Below are positions 49,241 to 58,208 of a stretch of 64,000 nt of DNA, piece by piece (the first letter of the stretch is position 1; every line of letters starts with the position of its first letter). Under the pieces are notes generated by a model. The model was given only the letters and a program-made list of their open reading frames with translations. It searched no databases and was not told the DNA's origin. The DNA is from a virus. Its lineage: Duplodnaviria > Caudoviricetes. The position numbers and the translations under genes are program-made. Location of the stretch: IMG/VR virus record IMGVR_UViG_3300014205_000170, positions 352,001 through 416,000 of that record; one strand, 5' to 3'.

Positions 49241-49876
49241 ATGTCAAAAAAATATAATAAAAATTTCTTTAAAGAATTAAAAGAAAAAAGTGCTTTACAC
49301 TACGATTCCATTCCGGCCCTTAATTGGGGAACAACCGAAGATGGTAAATTTATCATGAATGATAGATACCATTTTAATTGGAAAATTCAAGGAGAGAAAG
49401 GACATTTAGTTCCACTTCAATCGGATGTGCGTGAGCATATAAAAACTTTTCAAAAAACAATTGCTGAAGAGAATGAAAAATCTGGCATTCAAAGAAGTGT
49501 TAAAGCTTTTATTGGTGCAGACTCACAAAATCATCTTTCATACACGAGATTTGTTTCTGTTATTGTATTATACGTTGAAAGAAACGGTGCACATGTACTT
49601 GTATCTCGTACTGATTTGCCGAAAATCTACGATTACAGATATAAACTTTTAAAAGAAATAGATATGTTAGGTGAATTAGCAAGAAATTTCCAAGAATTTT
49701 TCAAAGAAATTAATATGGAATTTGAATTACATGGAGATTTAAATAAAAGTGCAAACTTCAAATCTAATGGTGTTGTTGAAGAAGCGACTAATTATATTTC
49801 TTATCTTGGTTATAAATTAAAGATTAAATCTGAGGCATGGGCTGCATCGTATGGAGCAGATTATTTTTGTAAATAA
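49241..49876 (+). CDS. RNase H-like YkuK/DUF458 family protein
   Basis: FIGADSQ, LLKE, ELHGDLN, KSN, AASYGAD. Confidence 0.85.
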   Translation: MSKKYNKNFFKELKEKSALHYDSIPALNWGTTEDGKFIMNDRYHFNWKIQGEKGHLVPLQSDVREHIKTFQKTIAEENEKSGIQRSVKAFIGADSQNHLSYTRFVSVIVLYVERNGAHVLVSRTDLPKIYDYRYKLLKEIDMLGELARNFQEFFKEINMEFELHGDLNKSANFKSNGVVEEATNYISYLGYKLKIKSEAWAASYGADYFCK

Positions 49877-49913
49877 CTAATTACAAGAAAAAAAAACGGT
49901 CATATTTATTGGT

Positions 49914-50927
49914 ATGACCGTTACCAACAATAAACGTAATGTTAGATATTTATTTTACTCCGTTGGAGGGAAAGTAAAATCTCTTAAATTTGGTCCTTCT
50001 GAAACAAAGGAAGTATCGGATTTAACTTCTTCAACACAAATAAAATATAACGCCCTTGATTTTAAGCTTAAAGGGATAAATGAAAGATTTAATAGAAATT
50101 TTGTATTAAATTTTACAGCTGCTTCAAATGAAGCAAGTGTTACTCCAAGTCCTTTAATAGAAGATTGGTATGATTCTTTATCAGTTAAACCAAGCAATGC
50201 TTTAATGACGGATTTAAATACATTGGTTGATGGAATTGATTCAGATGGAAATTGGAGTCTTTTAGATTTGTTTGGATTGATTGCTGGTATGGAAACTCAA
50301 GAACAACAATTAAAGCCATTAATAACAACAAGTGGTGAAGATTTTGTGATTGTTGGGACACCAATACTAAATAGTAACGGTGCAAGAAATAATACAGGTG
50401 CTGGTTATTTAAATCTTAAATGGAATCCTGTAGATGACGGAGTTCAATATGCAGCTGATAGTGCATTTATCTCTACTCAAATAGGAGAGGCCATTGCAAC
50501 TTTTGGCTCTGAGGCTGGATTTATGGGTGCTTTTGATGAGAGTCAACCAGCAGCGGAAGGAACATCATATCTAACTTACGCAGATTCTCCTACCAATAGA
50601 GTATCAGGAGCTATCAATTTTGATGGTGTAACTTCAACAACACCTGGAATTGTTAATGGAACGACTACATATTATTTAGCAAACGTAATTGTTGGCGGAA
50701 ATTATACCATATATAAAAATGCAGTTACAAATTCTTTGTCAGCAGATGCAGCAACGATTTTAACTAATTTAGATTTTTATGGTTGTGATTTTTCTTACTC
50801 TGATGGGTCGCCTGCATCTAGTTTTGACAATGCTCTTTTACGTCATTTTATGGCTGGAAATGGAACTGCAAATCAAACAGAGATACAAACACGATTAAAT
50901 ACGTTTTACTCTTCTAGAGGTCTTTAA
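49914..50927 (+). CDS. putative virion structural/appendage protein
   Basis: Gly/Thr/Ser/Ala-rich beta-type sequence, LNTLVDG...GNWSLLD motif, TATTTA at 49903. Confidence 0.55.
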   Translation: MTVTNNKRNVRYLFYSVGGKVKSLKFGPSETKEVSDLTSSTQIKYNALDFKLKGINERFNRNFVLNFTAASNEASVTPSPLIEDWYDSLSVKPSNALMTDLNTLVDGIDSDGNWSLLDLFGLIAGMETQEQQLKPLITTSGEDFVIVGTPILNSNGARNNTGAGYLNLKWNPVDDGVQYAADSAFISTQIGEAIATFGSEAGFMGAFDESQPAAEGTSYLTYADSPTNRVSGAINFDGVTSTTPGIVNGTTTYYLANVIVGGNYTIYKNAVTNSLSADAATILTNLDFYGCDFSYSDGSPASSFDNALLRHFMAGNGTANQTEIQTRLNTFYSSRGL

Positions 50928-50934
50928 TGTAAGA

Positions 50935-51615
50935 TTATTTATTTCCTTTATTTGAAATGTTTTTAATAGGCTTTATTGTTCCTTTTGGTTTAAGCGTAGG
51001 TTTTGTTACGGCATCAGTTTGCTCAGGTTCTTGAACTTGTTGTTCCGGTTCTTTAAATAAAGCTTTAATGTTCGGTTTTGGTTTTTGTTGCTCTTTTGCT
51101 TTGTTAGCCAAATCTATTTGAAATTTCTTTATCTCTGGAAAATTCGCTGCTACCTCTACGTTAACCATTCCTTTATCTGCTGCATTATAATTTTTTGGAG
51201 GCACACTAAAGAAATTACCAGTAAACCACATTGATTTTATATTAGAGATTTTAAACATTCTCCATTCATCTTCAATTTCTTGACTTCTAAGACCAGTTTT
51301 CATAGCAGCAGACTCTGACTGTCCCATTCTGTGTACTGCTCTTAAAACTTGATTTCCAGCCTTTGACGTGCCAATTGCTACTGGATATATAATTCTATAC
51401 TTTGAAACTGGCATTTTATACTTTTCATTATTACTTTGAAATAAAATACCAATTTCTCTACCTTCTTTAATGGCTTGAATCATTAAATCTTTATTGAAGG
51501 GTATTCTTTGATTACTATTTCTGAAAGCAGCCTCTTTTTCGGCATTACTTACCTCTAACAGAACAATTCCTGCTAATTTTTGTAATCTTTCTTTATATCC
51601 TTCGCTAAGCAACAT
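50935..51615 (-). CDS. WYL-domain protein with N-terminal LAGI tag
   Basis: QAIKEGREIGILF...RIIYPVAIG...VLRA...WRMFKISNI. Confidence 0.75.
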   Translation of the reverse strand: MLLSEGYKERLQKLAGIVLLEVSNAEKEAAFRNSNQRIPFNKDLMIQAIKEGREIGILFQSNNEKYKMPVSKYRIIYPVAIGTSKAGNQVLRAVHRMGQSESAAMKTGLRSQEIEDEWRMFKISNIKSMWFTGNFFSVPPKNYNAADKGMVNVEVAANFPEIKKFQIDLANKAKEQQKPKPNIKALFKEPEQQVQEPEQTDAVTKPTLKPKGTIKPIKNISNKGNK

Positions 51616-51619
51616 TTAA

Positions 51620-51943
51620 TTATGAACCTACGTTATCTTGGGGAGGTGTTGGAGGAGTATCTATGGGTTTTTTACTCATAATTTTTTTAAAGCTATCAAT
51701 GATTTTACCACCAAACGCGTATCCGGCAAACAAAAGAATTGCCCACTGCAAAGCGTCAATAATGGTTCTTAAAGAGCCATCGCTAATATCAGTAGCCGGA
51801 TGCATAGCTTTCCAGGTAACAATACCAAGTGTTACGTAATAGGCTACCACAGATAATAACAAATATACTCTTGCTTGTGAATAACTTTTTTGCCCAGTTG
51901 GGTCAGTTTCTTTTAAGATGTCTTTCCAAAGTTTTGTGTTCAT
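51620..51943 (-). CDS. two-TM membrane protein (holin-like)
   Basis: SQARVYLLLSVVAYY and WAILLFAGYAFGGK segments; ATG at 51943 preferred. Confidence 0.6.
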   Translation of the reverse strand: MNTKLWKDILKETDPTGQKSYSQARVYLLLSVVAYYVTLGIVTWKAMHPATDISDGSLRTIIDALQWAILLFAGYAFGGKIIDSFKKIMSKKPIDTPPTPPQDNVGS

Positions 51944-51994
51944 AAAATAATTTTCATATAAATATGTTGTTTTTATCATTTATACCCTTTATTT

Positions 51995-52948
51995 TTGAAT
52001 ATATCATGGATAAGAATAAGTTACGAACAGTTAAAAACTGTAGACTCAAACGCGATTCACATAAGTTTCAGTGAAATTAATCAATATAAAGATTGTGGTC
52101 ACAAACATCTTATTGAGAAGTATTTGAAATTGGCTATATCACCAACATCAATACATTTAATTTTTGGTAATTCTATACATTCAGCTATAGAAGTTGGAAT
52201 TAGAGATTCTCTAAATTTAGAACAAAGACTTTCTCATTTTACAAACACATTCACTAAAGAAATGATGGATAAAATGATGGGAACTAAAGAATATAATACA
52301 GAATTAGATAATTTTACAAAACAAGGTCAAAATATTTTAACGCTTTTATCTACTGAAAAGATTTTAGAAAAATATGACCTAATAGGTGTTGAAATGGCTT
52401 TATATGAAAAATTATTTTCAAATTTTCATTTTAAAGGATTTATAGATTTAATATTAAAAGATAAAAAAACCGGTAGAATATTAATCATTGATTGGAAAAC
52501 ATCCGGAGAATTGTGGGATGTAGAAAAAAAGAAAAAAGATAAAGTATTCATGGCACAAATGCGATTGTATAAATATTTTTATGCAAGAAAGTTTAATGTA
52601 CCTATTAATGATATAGATTGTAAATATGTTGTTCTAAACAGATTACAATTAAAAAAATGCCCGGAATTAGGTTATGGAAAAATACAAACAGTAGAAATTT
52701 TCTCTACTGATGAAGATATATTAGAAGCAGTTACTCTTGTTGCTGAAACATTACGAAACATACATTTAAACAAAAAATTTGAAAAAGCCAAATTGATTGG
52801 AAAGAAAAATTCATGTTTCTTTTGTCCTTATAAAGCAAATCCTACTTTATGTAATGATAATCCAAATCAATATAAATATATGTTGGATGAACATAGAGAA
52901 AAACGATTACTAATTGAAAGAGGAGAAGAAAAACAAACTGTTTTATAA
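51995..52948 (+). CDS. PD-(D/E)XK RecB/Cas4-like exonuclease
   Basis: ISFS...C, FGNSIH, GFIDL, IIDWKTS, QMRLY, CFFCPY...C. Confidence 0.9.
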   Translation: MNISWIRISYEQLKTVDSNAIHISFSEINQYKDCGHKHLIEKYLKLAISPTSIHLIFGNSIHSAIEVGIRDSLNLEQRLSHFTNTFTKEMMDKMMGTKEYNTELDNFTKQGQNILTLLSTEKILEKYDLIGVEMALYEKLFSNFHFKGFIDLILKDKKTGRILIIDWKTSGELWDVEKKKKDKVFMAQMRLYKYFYARKFNVPINDIDCKYVVLNRLQLKKCPELGYGKIQTVEIFSTDEDILEAVTLVAETLRNIHLNKKFEKAKLIGKKNSCFFCPYKANPTLCNDNPNQYKYMLDEHREKRLLIERGEEKQTVL

Positions 52949-52952
52949 AATT

Positions 52953-53996
52953 ATGGAAAAAGAAAATACAAAAATTGCATTAATAGCTGGTATCACTGGG
53001 CAAGATGGCTCATATCTTGCAGAACTTTTATTGGAAAAAAATTATAAAGTTCATGGTATCATTAGAAGGTCAAGTAGTTTCAATACAGGACGTATTGACC
53101 ATATTTTCGAACATCCAAATTTGAAATTACATTTTGGTGATGTAACTGACCCGTTAAGTGTTGCTGGTTTAGTGTCATCAATAAAACCTGATGAAGTTTA
53201 TAATCTTGCAGCACAATCACACGTAAAAGTTTCTTTTGAGCAACCATATTACACCGGTCATGTTGATGCTTTAGGAACATTAACTTTTATTGATGCTATA
53301 CGCACTCATTGTCCTACTGCAAAATTTTATCAAGCATCAACTTCAGAATTGTATGGAGGAATGGGATATAATATGCCTAAAAAAGGTTATAATGAAGAAT
53401 CTTTGTTTCACCCACGAAGTCCATATGGTGTAGCAAAAATTTATGGTTATTGGATAGTTAAAAATTACAGAGAAGCCTATAATTTATTTGCATGCAATGG
53501 TATTTTGTTCAATCATGAAGGTCCAAGAAGGGGTTTGACTTTTGTTACAAAAAAAGTGACTCATACATTTGCTAAAATGTATTCTACCAACGAAGGAGTT
53601 TTAACTATAGGAAATTTAGACGCTCAAAGAGATTGGGGTTCTGCAAAAGATTATGTAGAAGGTATGTGGCGCATGTTACAACAAGAGAAACCACAAGATT
53701 ATGTTTTGGCAACCGGCGAATGTCATTCAGTACGTGATTTTATTGAAGAAAGTGCAAAATATTTAAATTGGGACATTGAATGGAAAGGCGAAGGTATCAA
53801 TGAAAAAGGATACGATAAAAATACTGGAAGACTTTTAGTTGAAATTGATGAAAAATATTTTAGACCATCTGAGGTTGAATTATTATTGGGAGACTCAACT
53901 AAAGCACGAAAAGAATTAGGATGGGAACCAAAAACCTCATTTAAGGATTTGGTAAAATTAATGATGGATACAGATTTAGAAGATTTAAAGAAATAA
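52953..53996 (+). CDS. gmd: GDP-mannose 4,6-dehydratase
   Basis: GITGQDGSYLAE, NLAAQSHVKVSF, QASTSELYG, SPYGVAK, GILFNHE, RDWG. Confidence 0.97.
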   Translation: MEKENTKIALIAGITGQDGSYLAELLLEKNYKVHGIIRRSSSFNTGRIDHIFEHPNLKLHFGDVTDPLSVAGLVSSIKPDEVYNLAAQSHVKVSFEQPYYTGHVDALGTLTFIDAIRTHCPTAKFYQASTSELYGGMGYNMPKKGYNEESLFHPRSPYGVAKIYGYWIVKNYREAYNLFACNGILFNHEGPRRGLTFVTKKVTHTFAKMYSTNEGVLTIGNLDAQRDWGSAKDYVEGMWRMLQQEKPQDYVLATGECHSVRDFIEESAKYLNWDIEWKGEGINEKGYDKNTGRLLVEIDEKYFRPSEVELLLGDSTKARKELGWEPKTSFKDLVKLMMDTDLEDLKK

Positions 53997-54866
53997 ATTT
54001 TCTTTAAATAATTTTTGAACGACTTTTCTTACTTCTGCAATATTTCTATGTTTTTTGTATTCCGGACTTTTCCAATCTCTTGATTGATAATGAGAATCCA
54101 AGTCATGATGTATAACATCCTGCACAACTTCTTTGTGCATTTTTGATAAACTTTTTGGAAATATTCCAATTGATGTGTGTCCAAAATTTCCTTGGTCATT
54201 ACTTTGAGCAAAATCATTAATTTTTACACCATCAAATCCACGTTCTTTAGCCATGGCAAAAACCTTATGTGAATGATACTGAACATCTGTAAGGTCGCCC
54301 TCTATTGTTTCCCCATCAGTCATATCGTAAATTTTCAAATCAACATTTGGTACAAGAATAAAAAGACGACCTTTAAATCTAAAATCAGCCGGCATAACCT
54401 CTCCATTGCTTACTTTTAATTTCCAACCATGGTCTCCATATTTATCAGGAGTAGATGGTTTATAACCTAGTGTGTTTGAAAGAAAATTATTTACATAATC
54501 AAATTTTTTTCTTTGTATATCAAGATAATTACTATCAGGTTTGTCTTCTTCTTTCTCTAAAGCAGTAAAAGGATTTTGTATTACTGTATACGATTGAGCT
54601 CTTCCTCCTTTCCAAGTGATGTCATCAAATTCAATACCCATATTTTTCTGAAGAGCTATTAATTCTTTGTTTTCATTTGGTCGGAGAAAAGATTCAGTAC
54701 TTACAAACCATTCACTTGGAGCAACCGGAATATAAGTTTGTGCAATAGAAGAATCAGTAGTTGTCCATATAAGGCCATCATACCCACCACCTTTTAAATC
54801 TTTCTCTTCGAAAGGTTCTCCGGTAGCATGAAATAATTCTGTCCCTTTTTTAATAATTAAATCCAC
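53985..54866 (-). CDS. ADP-ribosyltransferase-like protein
   Basis: KGTELFHAT...F, IWTTTDSSIAQTY, GFDG motifs typical of phage ART folds. Confidence 0.55.
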   Translation of the reverse strand: MDLIIKKGTELFHATGEPFEEKDLKGGGYDGLIWTTTDSSIAQTYIPVAPSEWFVSTESFLRPNENKELIALQKNMGIEFDDITWKGGRAQSYTVIQNPFTALEKEEDKPDSNYLDIQRKKFDYVNNFLSNTLGYKPSTPDKYGDHGWKLKVSNGEVMPADFRFKGRLFILVPNVDLKIYDMTDGETIEGDLTDVQYHSHKVFAMAKERGFDGVKINDFAQSNDQGNFGHTSIGIFPKSLSKMHKEVVQDVIHHDLDSHYQSRDWKSPEYKKHRNIAEVRKVVQKLFKENLFL

Positions 54867-54967
54867 TTATATTTTATTTATGATAAATACTCTAAAATTT
54901 TGAGGTTTATACCTATTTTAAAGTTGCTATTTACATTGAATGTAGTCTGTATATATTTGAATAGTAA

Positions 54968-55258
54968 ATGTATATAAGAAAGCAAATATTGGAGAACCAA
55001 AAAAAGTTCAGAAAAGAAATAGTTGCTGCTCTTAAACTCGAATTTCGAGAAATGAAAAAGGAGCTTGACCAAATACAAACGGCAGATGATATCATCAAAG
55101 AAGAAAAAATAAAACTCTTAAAAAGAGTCAATAAAATTAAAATTGTTCAAGAATTAGAAAAATTCTTTATATCTGAGAAAAACCTATATCCCAAATATTA
55201 TGCTTGGTGGGATGAAATAAATAATCAAGTTATTAAACATAAATACATAGACAAATAA
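54968..55258 (+). CDS. hypothetical protein
   Basis: 96 aa ORF; TATATTTG at 54952. Confidence 0.65.
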   Translation: MYIRKQILENQKKFRKEIVAALKLEFREMKKELDQIQTADDIIKEEKIKLLKRVNKIKIVQELEKFFISEKNLYPKYYAWWDEINNQVIKHKYIDK

Positions 55259-55662
55259 TGAAGCCTGAAAGACCTAGTACCATATGTGTTCTTATTGATT
55301 TACAATACCACTCTTCAATAAATGCTTTTGAAGAATGGTATGGTGACCAAATATCTTATCAAGAACTTGAACAAAGTAGTTATATCGAATTTAAAGAAAT
55401 AATTTTCAAAGATATTAGTAGAAGCATAAAATTCAGAAAATATGGTAGGATGGGAAATATACTCACTATCAAAGCTGATATGTTAAAATTTGAAATTGAG
55501 CGATTTAAAAAAATGCTAGAAAAGAATAATATTAAGCTAGTGCATGGCTGGATTGTTTCAAATGTAACTATCATAACTGATAAAATGCCGGAAAAAGGTA
55601 CTGTATCAGATGATGATGAAGATAGTGAAAGTAATGATTTTGCTGATTTTGAAGATATTTAA
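55258..55662 (+). CDS. hypothetical protein with acidic tail
   Basis: 134 aa; TAATG coupling. Confidence 0.7.
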   Translation: MKPERPSTICVLIDLQYHSSINAFEEWYGDQISYQELEQSSYIEFKEIIFKDISRSIKFRKYGRMGNILTIKADMLKFEIERFKKMLEKNNIKLVHGWIVSNVTIITDKMPEKGTVSDDDEDSESNDFADFEDI

Positions 55663-55685
55663 TATATATGAAAGGATAATTAACC

Positions 55686-56435
55686 ATGAGTAAGAATATT
55701 AACGAAGAAAGATTAAAAAAATTTAGAGATATGGGTATTCCAGCGCCTATGAGCCCTGTTGACCCATCTATGCTTAAAGGCCCAGTAAGAAATCTGGAAT
55801 TTGCCGCTAAACTTGAAGCTATTAAAAGAGGTGTGGTAAAAGAAGAATTAAGTACTTTTATTGAAAAAGAAACAGGAAATAAAGGTTTTATACCCATAGA
55901 AACTCCTACAAAAAAGAAACCTCAAAATCAGATAACTGAAACTGCTGAAATAAAAAAACCTTCTGTATCTGGACCAAGTTTCGATTTATATGAAAAAGCT
56001 TTATATGGTGAGAGTCCAAGTGTTTCTTTTGATAAAAATACAAATGCTAGGACATATTCTCACAATATTACTCCATCAGCTGATGATACCGGAACTGATT
56101 TTTTGGCAAATATTAAAGCTCAATTAGCTGCAAAGGCTATGAAAGCGAATCAATCAACTCCAAATAATTCAAAAATAATACAAGAAAACAAAACTAATAT
56201 CCCGGCAGGACATACTCTTGTTAATGAAAATGATTTTAAAGAGGCCGTTACCATGATTGCTTCTGATGTTTGTAAAGTTTTAATTAAAAAATTCATGAAT
56301 GAGTTTTTGACTTCTAAACCAGATTTGATTAAAGAAAATGAAAAGGTTAAGAAAGCAGAAATTATACAAGAGAATATTATAAAAATGGATGGTAATTATT
56401 TTAAAATTACACCAGTTACAGTTAAAAAGAAATGA
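55686..56435 (+). CDS. hypothetical protein, putative head-associated
   Basis: 249 aa, multiple I/V-x-E sites, TATTTA at 55656. Confidence 0.7.
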   Translation: MSKNINEERLKKFRDMGIPAPMSPVDPSMLKGPVRNLEFAAKLEAIKRGVVKEELSTFIEKETGNKGFIPIETPTKKKPQNQITETAEIKKPSVSGPSFDLYEKALYGESPSVSFDKNTNARTYSHNITPSADDTGTDFLANIKAQLAAKAMKANQSTPNNSKIIQENKTNIPAGHTLVNENDFKEAVTMIASDVCKVLIKKFMNEFLTSKPDLIKENEKVKKAEIIQENIIKMDGNYFKITPVTVKKK

Positions 56436-56842
56436 AAAAGTTAATAGACCATAATGTTAAAGCACAAATAACAAGAGAAACTCCTGAGATATGTTTGGAG
56501 GTAAAATACCAGGATGATTTTACTGATGACCATTATGTTTTAATAAGCGAAAGTAATACTTCCAATTCAAATCTAATTAAATTCAACATTTCTAAAAATG
56601 GTCAAAACATTACTTCTGTTGAAATGAAGGAAAGAAATGTAAATGAATTTTTAAATGAGTTTCTAAACAACACTAAAGATGATGATTTTAATAAAGAATT
56701 TAAATCTAAAATATTTGAAGTCTCATCTAAACAAATAAAAGACTTTTTTGAATTTTACGACAATTCTCTAGTTCGTAAAGGTCTTACTTTAGAAGGCGAA
56801 ATCTTTCGTATGAAAAAGATGGCCGGCATAATAAAAAATTGA
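56432..56842 (+). CDS. hypothetical protein with C-terminal RMKKMAGI tag
   Basis: Ends LEGEIFRMKKMAGIIKN. Confidence 0.7.
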   Translation: MKKLIDHNVKAQITRETPEICLEVKYQDDFTDDHYVLISESNTSNSNLIKFNISKNGQNITSVEMKERNVNEFLNEFLNNTKDDDFNKEFKSKIFEVSSKQIKDFFEFYDNSLVRKGLTLEGEIFRMKKMAGIIKN

Positions 56843-56886
56843 TTGTTTTCATTTCCTAAGCCTATTTATCATTAAAATTACTTTTA

Positions 56887-57801
56887 ATGATAAAATTACC
56901 TGTAAAAAAAGGCGATAAAGGAGAATCTGCTGCGGAAGTTCAAAAATTGCTTTCCTTAAATGGTTATGATTTGATTATTGATGGAGATTTTGGCTCAAGA
57001 AGTGAATTGGCTGTAATTGACTTTCAATCACATCATAATTTAAAAGCTGATGGTGTTGTTGGAGAAGTTACTTATAATGCTTTAAAAGCAAAGGACGCTT
57101 CTGTGGTAACTCCAAGTATAGCTCCGGCTACAACTGTGGACTATGGAACTTTAGTAGTTAATAAAACTGTTAGACAACCAGATTCACAGTATATCAAAAC
57201 AGAAACAAACAAAACTCAAATATTCTTGCATTTTACTGCCGGTGGTCCAAATGCAAAAAATGTAATTGGTGGATGGAATGCAGATGAGACTCGTGTTTCT
57301 ACTGCTTATGTTATAGATAGGAATACTGGTGAAGTTTTTGAATGTTTTGACCCTAAATTTTGGAGTTTCCATCTTGGTATAAACAATACTAATGGTAGAT
57401 TAGACAAAACTTCTGTAGGACTTGAAATTTGTTCTTATGGCCCACTGAAAAAAGTAGAAAATAAATATTATGCTTGGCCAAAAGAATGGAAAACGGAAAT
57501 TAAAGAAGCAAGTGTTTATAAGTTAGATAAAGCATTTAGAGGGTATAATTATTTTGAATCATTTACTGATGCGCAACTTTCAAATGTTGAAAAATTATTG
57601 CATATTTTAATTAAAAAATACAACATTAAAGTACAACCTTCATTTGATGATAATTGGTTTGAATATAACCAAAACGTAATTGACAAAACTTTACCTGGAA
57701 TTTGGACACATACAACTGTAAGACGCGATAAGTCTGATGTTTATCCGGATAAACGAATTTTGGAAATGCTTAATAGAATTTCTAAAGAAGTGAATAAATG
57801 A
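56887..57801 (+). CDS. endolysin: peptidoglycan-binding domain plus N-acetylmuramoyl-L-alanine amidase
   Basis: DGDFG...FQ...ADGVVG PG-binding domain; LHFTAG, SVGLEIC, WTH...KSD amidase_2 motifs. Confidence 0.9.
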   Translation: MIKLPVKKGDKGESAAEVQKLLSLNGYDLIIDGDFGSRSELAVIDFQSHHNLKADGVVGEVTYNALKAKDASVVTPSIAPATTVDYGTLVVNKTVRQPDSQYIKTETNKTQIFLHFTAGGPNAKNVIGGWNADETRVSTAYVIDRNTGEVFECFDPKFWSFHLGINNTNGRLDKTSVGLEICSYGPLKKVENKYYAWPKEWKTEIKEASVYKLDKAFRGYNYFESFTDAQLSNVEKLLHILIKKYNIKVQPSFDDNWFEYNQNVIDKTLPGIWTHTTVRRDKSDVYPDKRILEMLNRISKEVNK

Positions 57802-58010
57802 GCAAATCAAAAAAAATATTAAATGAGGAAATGGCAAAATCAGAATTAAAGGATTTTGTTAAAGATATCATTAATACAGAATTGAACAAAAAGATAAAAG
57901 ACGGTAAACTTACCGATGAAGAAAAAGTAAAAGATATTATTAAAGATTTATTAAAAAGACACTACAAAACGTTGTGGACTAAAGCTAATTATTTTACAGA
58001 AGATTTATAA
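57798..58010 (+). CDS. small hypothetical protein
   Basis: 70 aa, ILNEE/KSELKDFVKDII, overlaps with both neighbours. Confidence 0.7.
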   Translation: MSKSKKILNEEMAKSELKDFVKDIINTELNKKIKDGKLTDEEKVKDIIKDLLKRHYKTLWTKANYFTEDL

Positions 58011-58207
58011 TGACAAGAAAAGATTTAATGAAATTGATAGAAGACGAAGTAACTAAAGTCGCACAGGAACCTATACGAGAACCTATCAGAGAGTTACCTC
58101 AAATTCCTATGTCCAAACTTAATCCAGTTTTTAATCCTGCATTAAAAAACGAGGATGAAATCGATGAATATTTATTTAAAGCAGGAATGAAAGAAAAAAC
58201 AAATTAA
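58010..58207 (+). CDS. small hypothetical protein
   Basis: 65 aa, MTRKDLMKLIEDEV. Confidence 0.7.
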   Translation: MTRKDLMKLIEDEVTKVAQEPIREPIRELPQIPMSKLNPVFNPALKNEDEIDEYLFKAGMKEKTN

Positions 58208-58208
58208 A

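Noticed and set aside
51995-52948. Cas4-like gene as part of a CRISPR-Cas system
   Set aside because: No cas1/cas2, effector or array in the window; stand-alone PD-(D/E)XK nucleases are common in phages
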